From the NCBI RefSeq assembly GCF_000012805.1, contig NC_007484.1:2430001-2462000 (forward strand): a stretch of 32,000 nt of DNA. Reading direction: 5' to 3'. The translations under genes and the position numbers were made by a program. The notes under the pieces are model-generated. The model was not told the DNA's origin. It searched no databases and saw only the letters and a list, made by a program, of their open reading frames with translations. How positions within the stretch are numbered: the first letter of the stretch is position 1; each line of letters begins with the position of its first letter. The DNA is from Nitrosococcus oceani ATCC 19707 (GTDB lineage: Bacteria; Pseudomonadota; Gammaproteobacteria; Nitrosococcales; Nitrosococcaceae). Positions 27,327 to 32,000 of this stretch are shown one piece after another.

Positions 27327-27524
27327 CTATCTTGCTGGTTTTATCTTTCTAAGATCCTTGTTTTTGTTTATAGTGGGGTTAACGCTTTTCATTCTTATAT
27401 TTCCTGGGATGCTTCTACCGCAATTTTCTTTTTGTTCCGATACTGCCTTTACCTTCTCCAGCTCGGTATATAATTGCCTTAATTCAGCACAAAGCTCATC
27501 TATAAGATCCTCGTTTTTAGTCAT
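27327..27524 (-). CDS. hypothetical small protein (65 aa, predicted helical/charged)
   Basis: The ATG at 27524 is preceded by a strong AAGGAGG with a 5-nt spacer. I recognise no homolog. It lies in an AT-rich patch; one 60-nt line I counted was 37% G+C. Confidence 0.45.
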   Translation of the reverse strand: MTKNEDLIDELCAELRQLYTELEKVKAVSEQKENCGRSIPGNIRMKSVNPTINKNKDLRKIKPAR

Positions 27525-27620
27525 TTCTTCCTCCTTGTTCTCTATTTTCCAGCACCACGCTAGCTAGAAATCTAAAAAAAACTATATTTTTATATTCGAT
27601 TGCAAATAGAGCGATATTAA

Positions 27621-28496
27621 ATGGATAGCATAAATAACCACAGAAATAAACTTCTAAGATTGTTTCCGGCCCCGGTAGAATCCGTAACGCTAAAGGGGCT
27701 TTATCTCAATCAGCAATTACATAAATTAGGAACATCTTCACAACCCTTTGTCTATAGTAATTTTATCACTAGTCTGGAGGGCCGGATTTCATTAGAACAC
27801 CCACAGAAGAAAACGTTTGTTGTTCCAAAAGCAATTGCTAACCCCCGTGATTGGCGCTTATTTCAAGAATTAGCCGCCCAAGCAGATGTGCTGCTTACCA
27901 GCGGCCGTTACATTCGTCAGCTCGCCCAGAATATAGCCCAGGATATCCTGCCAATCAGCGAGCAACCTGCTTATGCAGATCTTATCCAATGGCGCCAGTC
28001 GCAAGGCCTTGCTCCCCAGCCCGCCATTGTAATAGTGAGTGATAGCTTGAATATTCCTATTCCCGAGACATTGTTAAATGCTAATCGCCCCCTTTATGTT
28101 GCCACTGGCTCAGAAGCAAACTGGCTCCGGGCCCAGGAACTCAAAGCGAAAGGAATTCAGGTAATTATGGCAGGTACGGGATTGCTCGTGGAAGGTCAAA
28201 AGCTGATCGCGGCGCTGGGACAAGAAGGATTTACCACCATTTATTCAGTTGCTGGCCCTGGCGTTTTAAAAACATTATTAGCGGCTCAAAGGCTTGATCG
28301 CCTCTATCTAACCCATGCTCTGAGAATACTAGGCGGGGAACCTTTTGACATTTTGGTGGAAGGCGAACAGCTTGACCCACCCGCGGACTTCAAGCTCCAT
28401 TCCCTTTACTACGATGCGGTAGAGGAGGAAAAACCTGGTCAGATATTCGGCGTTTACGAATCCGTGGTTAGCAAGATGCCAGGAGACAAAGGCTAA
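27621..28496 (+). CDS. RibD C-terminal domain (DHFR-like reductase) family protein
   Basis: 291 aa with SLEGRIS (cf. the SLDGRIA motif of RibD_C) and a GPGVLKTLL glycine-rich segment. No obvious SD precedes the ATG. Confidence 0.65.
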   Translation: MDSINNHRNKLLRLFPAPVESVTLKGLYLNQQLHKLGTSSQPFVYSNFITSLEGRISLEHPQKKTFVVPKAIANPRDWRLFQELAAQADVLLTSGRYIRQLAQNIAQDILPISEQPAYADLIQWRQSQGLAPQPAIVIVSDSLNIPIPETLLNANRPLYVATGSEANWLRAQELKAKGIQVIMAGTGLLVEGQKLIAALGQEGFTTIYSVAGPGVLKTLLAAQRLDRLYLTHALRILGGEPFDILVEGEQLDPPADFKLHSLYYDAVEEEKPGQIFGVYESVVSKMPGDKG

Positions 28497-28523
28497 AAAA
28501 GTATCCTCTTCCCCCCTAACCCC

Positions 28524-29204
28524 TTACCATTCCACCACTGCTTTGAGAGGAAGATGATCGGAGGCCACCCGCGCCAGCGAGGAAGTCTCTACTTCCATGG
28601 CTAATAAACGTTGGTAGCCGTGGAGCCAAATCCGATCAAGCGTAAGGATGGGATAGTAAGCAGGAAAAGAAGGAAGATTCGAAAAACGGCCAAATTCACC
28701 CCGTAGCCGATGCAAGCTCCGGCTCCAAGGCCACCACTCGTTGAAATCTCCCATGAGCACCGTACGCTCTCCATCTGGGGTAAGCCCCAAGCCGAGTAGC
28801 TGCTGAACTTGAAAGCTGCGTTCTCGCGCACTCAGTCCTAAATGGGTGGCTACTACCCGTATTTTTTGCCCTTGCCATTTGAGATCTACATCAATAGCCC
28901 CCCGCGGCTCGCGCCGAGGGATGCTTAGTTCATGGCGCTGAATCTTAAGCAATTCCGCGTGCGTTAATAAGGCATTACCATAACGCAGTGAACGCCGTAG
29001 AAATATTGGCCCAGGAATAGCCATTAACCCAGTTTGATGAGCAAGATAATCCAGCAAATCTTGACCCTTTACCGAGCGATGTTCAACTTCTTGCAAAGCA
29101 AGCACATCGGCCTTGAGGGAACGGATTACAGAAGCTGTCCGGGCAGGATCGAAACGGCGGTCCGTGCCAATACAACTACTGATGTTATAAGTCACAAACC
29201 GCAT
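28524..29204 (-). CDS. endonuclease/exonuclease/phosphatase (EEP) family protein
   Basis: 226 aa with EEP motifs: N-terminal YN...D...LALQEV, GDFN, and C-terminal SDHLPL. Confidence 0.8.
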   Translation of the reverse strand: MRFVTYNISSCIGTDRRFDPARTASVIRSLKADVLALQEVEHRSVKGQDLLDYLAHQTGLMAIPGPIFLRRSLRYGNALLTHAELLKIQRHELSIPRREPRGAIDVDLKWQGQKIRVVATHLGLSARERSFQVQQLLGLGLTPDGERTVLMGDFNEWWPWSRSLHRLRGEFGRFSNLPSFPAYYPILTLDRIWLHGYQRLLAMEVETSSLARVASDHLPLKAVVEW

Positions 29205-29217
29205 TAAATATTAGTCT

Positions 29218-29976
29218 TTAGGTTTTTTCTTTTCTTTCGTCTTTCTCCCGCCGCAGCCAATACCTCCCAAAAGTGGTAATAGCAAGCAGCAAGAAACCCA
29301 ATAAAATCACAAAAACAAAACTGAGTATCCCAGGCTTATGCAAGGCAGCTATTAAACCCTCGACAAAGAAAACCATAATAAATATTCCAGGCGCCATCCC
29401 AAGCAGCGAGCCAATGAAATAATCCCGAATTTTAATGTGGGAGGCACCAGCTACAAAATTGATTATAGTAAACGGCGCCAACGGTACCACCCGAAAAAAG
29501 ATTACAGCCAGAATTCCCTGCTGGGATAACTTCTCGCTAAGCCAATGAATACGCCAGCCAACCCATTGACGCACGATATTTTTTCCCACTGCATAACCAA
29601 CAGCATAAGTTGCCAAAGCTGCGCTCAGAGCCCCCATCAGCGCATATATAAATCCTGTCACCGGACCGAATATCAAAGCGGTTGCCACAATCATTGCGGA
29701 CAAGGGAAAAACAATCAGGCTTCCGAGGACAAACCCCATCATCACCCCCACGCCTCCTAGCGGGCTGGCGGCCAAGCCTTGCGCCCAAACTGCTAATTGT
29801 TCAGGCTCTAACCACTCTGACAGCGGAGTCCAGCACCAAGCCAACCCTAGGCCAAGCAGTAATATTATGAATATTCCCAGGAAAGCTAATTTACGCTGTC
29901 TTATTGAGCGATTGGAATTATTGGTTGGGATCTGATGTTTGGAGCCAATAAGAATTTTTGAAACCAAATATAACAT
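29218..29976 (-). CDS. TVP38/TMEM64 (DedA-related) family membrane protein
   Basis: 252 aa, multi-pass and hydrophobic, with the family-typical segment RVVPLAPFTIINFVAGASHIKIRDYFIGSLLGMAPG. Its stop is 13 nt upstream of the EEP gene, so the two are probably an operon. Confidence 0.78.
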   Translation of the reverse strand: MLYLVSKILIGSKHQIPTNNSNRSIRQRKLAFLGIFIILLLGLGLAWCWTPLSEWLEPEQLAVWAQGLAASPLGGVGVMMGFVLGSLIVFPLSAMIVATALIFGPVTGFIYALMGALSAALATYAVGYAVGKNIVRQWVGWRIHWLSEKLSQQGILAVIFFRVVPLAPFTIINFVAGASHIKIRDYFIGSLLGMAPGIFIMVFFVEGLIAALHKPGILSFVFVILLGFLLLAITTFGRYWLRREKDERKEKT

Positions 29977-30128
29977 CCTCCCGATATAGCTATCTTAACG
30001 TGAGTTAATCTCACTCCCTTAGTCACGATGAGACTAAGTTGCGACGAGTAGGTTCAAATGGCAGCAGAAAATTTATTCAAAGTTTCACCATAACAAACAG
30101 GAATATTTAACCTGGCTTCCACACCTGT

Positions 30129-31484
30129 TCACCACAGTAGCCAGGCGGTGACAAAGTAAAGCAATAGGGTTACCCCTGCTACGCTCAAGGCATAGGGAAG
30201 CTGGGTTTGAACGTGCTCGAGATGATCACAGCCTGCTGCTAATGAAGAAATAAGGGTAGTATCAGAAATGGGAGAACAGTGATCGCCGAAAACTCCACCC
30301 CCCAAAAGAGCAGACAGAATAAAGGCCGGGGGTAACTCGGCAGCCTGGGCAAGAGGTAAAGTAATTGGAATCATTATCCCAAACGTACCCCATGAGGTGC
30401 CCGTGGTAAAAGAGATCAGCCCTGCTACGATAAAAACTAATACTGGAATAAAGGGAGGAGGTAGTGACGGTTCTACTATTTGAGCCACGAATTCCCCCGT
30501 TCCCAGAACGCCCATGCTAGCGCTCAAAGCAAGAGCCAACAATACTGTGGTGACTACCGGCAAGAGTTTCCCCATTCCCTCAAAGCCTAACGTAATAAGC
30601 TTCTGATGGGAATAAACTCTATCTTTAAGTAATAAAATATAGGCCACTAGAGTAGCCAAAGCCGTGCCCCAAAAGATGGCGCTTGATCCTGAACCTGCCA
30701 ACAAATCGCCATTCCCGGTATAGCCGAGGAAGAACAAAACGGCACTCACCATAATCAGCAGCGGCAACCACATGTACCTTGCCCTCGTAGGGGCAATATG
30801 TTCTTCTTCAAGATCTTCTTCCCGGCGCGTTTCTGAATACTGTAGCGGCCCATAAACGCGATGTGTGATGGCGGTATAAAAAACCAAAGCTAAGGTAATA
30901 ATGGCATAAAAATTAAGTGGTATACTCATTACTAAAATAGCAATAGGCTCAGCAAATCCCTGCTCCGTCAACAACCCCAGTAAATAGGCACCCCACCCAT
31001 TGAGTAATATCAAGATAGACACTGGCGCACAAGTCGAATCCACAAAGTAAGCTAGTCGGGCGCGGCTCATCTGAAACTTATCGAATAATGGCCGTGACAG
31101 TATCCCCGCAACCAGCATACTCATATTACTCTCGATAAAAATAACGATTCCTATGAAAGCAGTGAGGAGTCCCACACGGCGTGGTGTCTGCGTAAAACCC
31201 GCGCTAGTTAGCACTTGAACACAAGCGCTGACTCCACCTGACTGATTCATATAAACCAATAACGCTCCCACTAGTATACTGAACAGCAGAATTTGGGTAT
31301 TACTCTCGCTTTGAAATACAGCGGTAATACGCTCTAATAATCCGATAAACCCCAGAACAGGATTATTTCCAGCGAGCAAGATTTCGGAAAAATATAGAGC
31401 TACTAGCAGAGAGAGAATAACTTCCCTTTTCCATATTCCTATTAAAATCGCTGCCAATGCGGGGAGTAAAGTTATCCAGCCCAC
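30129..31484 (-). CDS. NhaC-family Na+/H+ antiporter-like transporter
   Basis: 451 aa, highly hydrophobic with about 11-12 TM segments. The overall pattern resembles the NhaC family. The assignment is from memory only. Confidence 0.6.
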   Translation of the reverse strand: MGWITLLPALAAILIGIWKREVILSLLVALYFSEILLAGNNPVLGFIGLLERITAVFQSESNTQILLFSILVGALLVYMNQSGGVSACVQVLTSAGFTQTPRRVGLLTAFIGIVIFIESNMSMLVAGILSRPLFDKFQMSRARLAYFVDSTCAPVSILILLNGWGAYLLGLLTEQGFAEPIAILVMSIPLNFYAIITLALVFYTAITHRVYGPLQYSETRREEDLEEEHIAPTRARYMWLPLLIMVSAVLFFLGYTGNGDLLAGSGSSAIFWGTALATLVAYILLLKDRVYSHQKLITLGFEGMGKLLPVVTTVLLALALSASMGVLGTGEFVAQIVEPSLPPPFIPVLVFIVAGLISFTTGTSWGTFGIMIPITLPLAQAAELPPAFILSALLGGGVFGDHCSPISDTTLISSLAAGCDHLEHVQTQLPYALSVAGVTLLLYFVTAWLLW

Positions 31485-31526
31485 AACATCCTCTAAAAAA
31501 AGAAGATAAATAAAACAAACTGTTAC

Positions 31527-32000
31527 CTATATCGCGTGTTCTTCTTCAGGTGGCGGTGTCTGCTCTAGGGATCGGAATAAATCCTGTAATTCTTTCGCAA
31601 AGCCTTCCAGCTGTTTTTGAATTTCAGGAAGTTCCGCTTTTAGTTTCTCTTCGATAGACTTTAACTCACGCTGGACCTTGGGCAAGGATCGTTGTAATTC
31701 GTCGAGAGATTGACCAATTTTGTTTGAAAACTGTTCAGTCATAGCTCCAAAATTTTCTAATGCCTGTGCTAGTTCACTCGCCTCAGAGAGCATTTTTACG
31801 GTCTCATCATAGCGCACCTTCCAACGACCGTTTTCCTTGGCGAGCACAGTGTCAAGGGGTACGGTCACCGGACGTTCATTGCTTACAGTCACAGTAGTTT
31901 CAACCCAAGATTTCTCTCCATCAATAACAATTTTACCTAATTTGAAATTAGTAATAGGCAACAAAGAAGATATTAAATCTTCTTTGTTTAAGGATTCTGT
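31527..32000 (-). CDS. hypothetical protein, 5'-truncated by window edge (small beta-rich domain plus C-terminal coiled coil)
   Basis: The reading frame stays open from 31964 to the right edge (..TESLNKEDLISSL-LPITNF..), so the listed TTG start is probably internal. The C-terminal half has heptad-like charged repeats. Confidence 0.55.
   Translation of the reverse strand, partial: TESLNKEDLISSLLPITNFKLGKIVIDGEKSWVETTVTVSNERPVTVPLDTVLAKENGRWKVRYDETVKMLSEASELAQALENFGAMTEQFSNKIGQSLDELQRSLPKVQRELKSIEEKLKAELPEIQKQLEGFAKELQDLFRSLEQTPPPEEEHAI

Overview
The window reads as a roughly 50% G+C gammaproteobacterial chromosome segment. The gene order is reminiscent of Chromatiales/Nitrosococcus-like genomes, but I cannot verify that without a search.

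The backbone is housekeeping. A DUF455 gene, fabA, a DUF1631 gene and glgP occupy 0.1-6.8 kb. The conserved minus-strand cluster metY(tRNA-fMet)-rimP-nusA-infB-rbfA-truB-rpsO-pnp spans 6.9-15.6 kb. A plus-strand DUF815 ATPase-dapC-dapD-dapE block covers 16.0-20.2 kb.

The right third looks more accessory:
- an FkbO/Hyg5/XanB2-type chorismatase next to a class V aminotransferase
- a 950-bp gap (22514-23465) with no credible long ORF
- a G+C-rich orphan PEP-CTERM-like secreted protein
- a P2-type cation ATPase
- an AT-rich patch with a 65-codon ORF
- a RibD_C-like reductase gene
- a TVP38/DedA-like plus EEP-phosphoesterase pair
- an NhaC-type antiporter
- a truncated coiled-coil protein gene

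I saw no CRISPR array, rRNA, intact IS element or recognisable defence system.

The most unusual signal is a modular repeat that the long-ORF view does not explain. A long form lies at 15710-16030 (+) and a short form at 22751-22842 (-), with a possible relic at 27226-27253 (-). Each sits in sense orientation in the 5' leader of an operon. The long and short forms share a conserved SD-like motif plus the start M-T-(N/D)-F-(N/D)-F-(V/I)-P-T, and a conserved hairpin-containing 3' module that ends in coincident stop codons. It could be an ERIC/MITE-like element or a family of leader mini-ORFs; the sequence alone does not decide.
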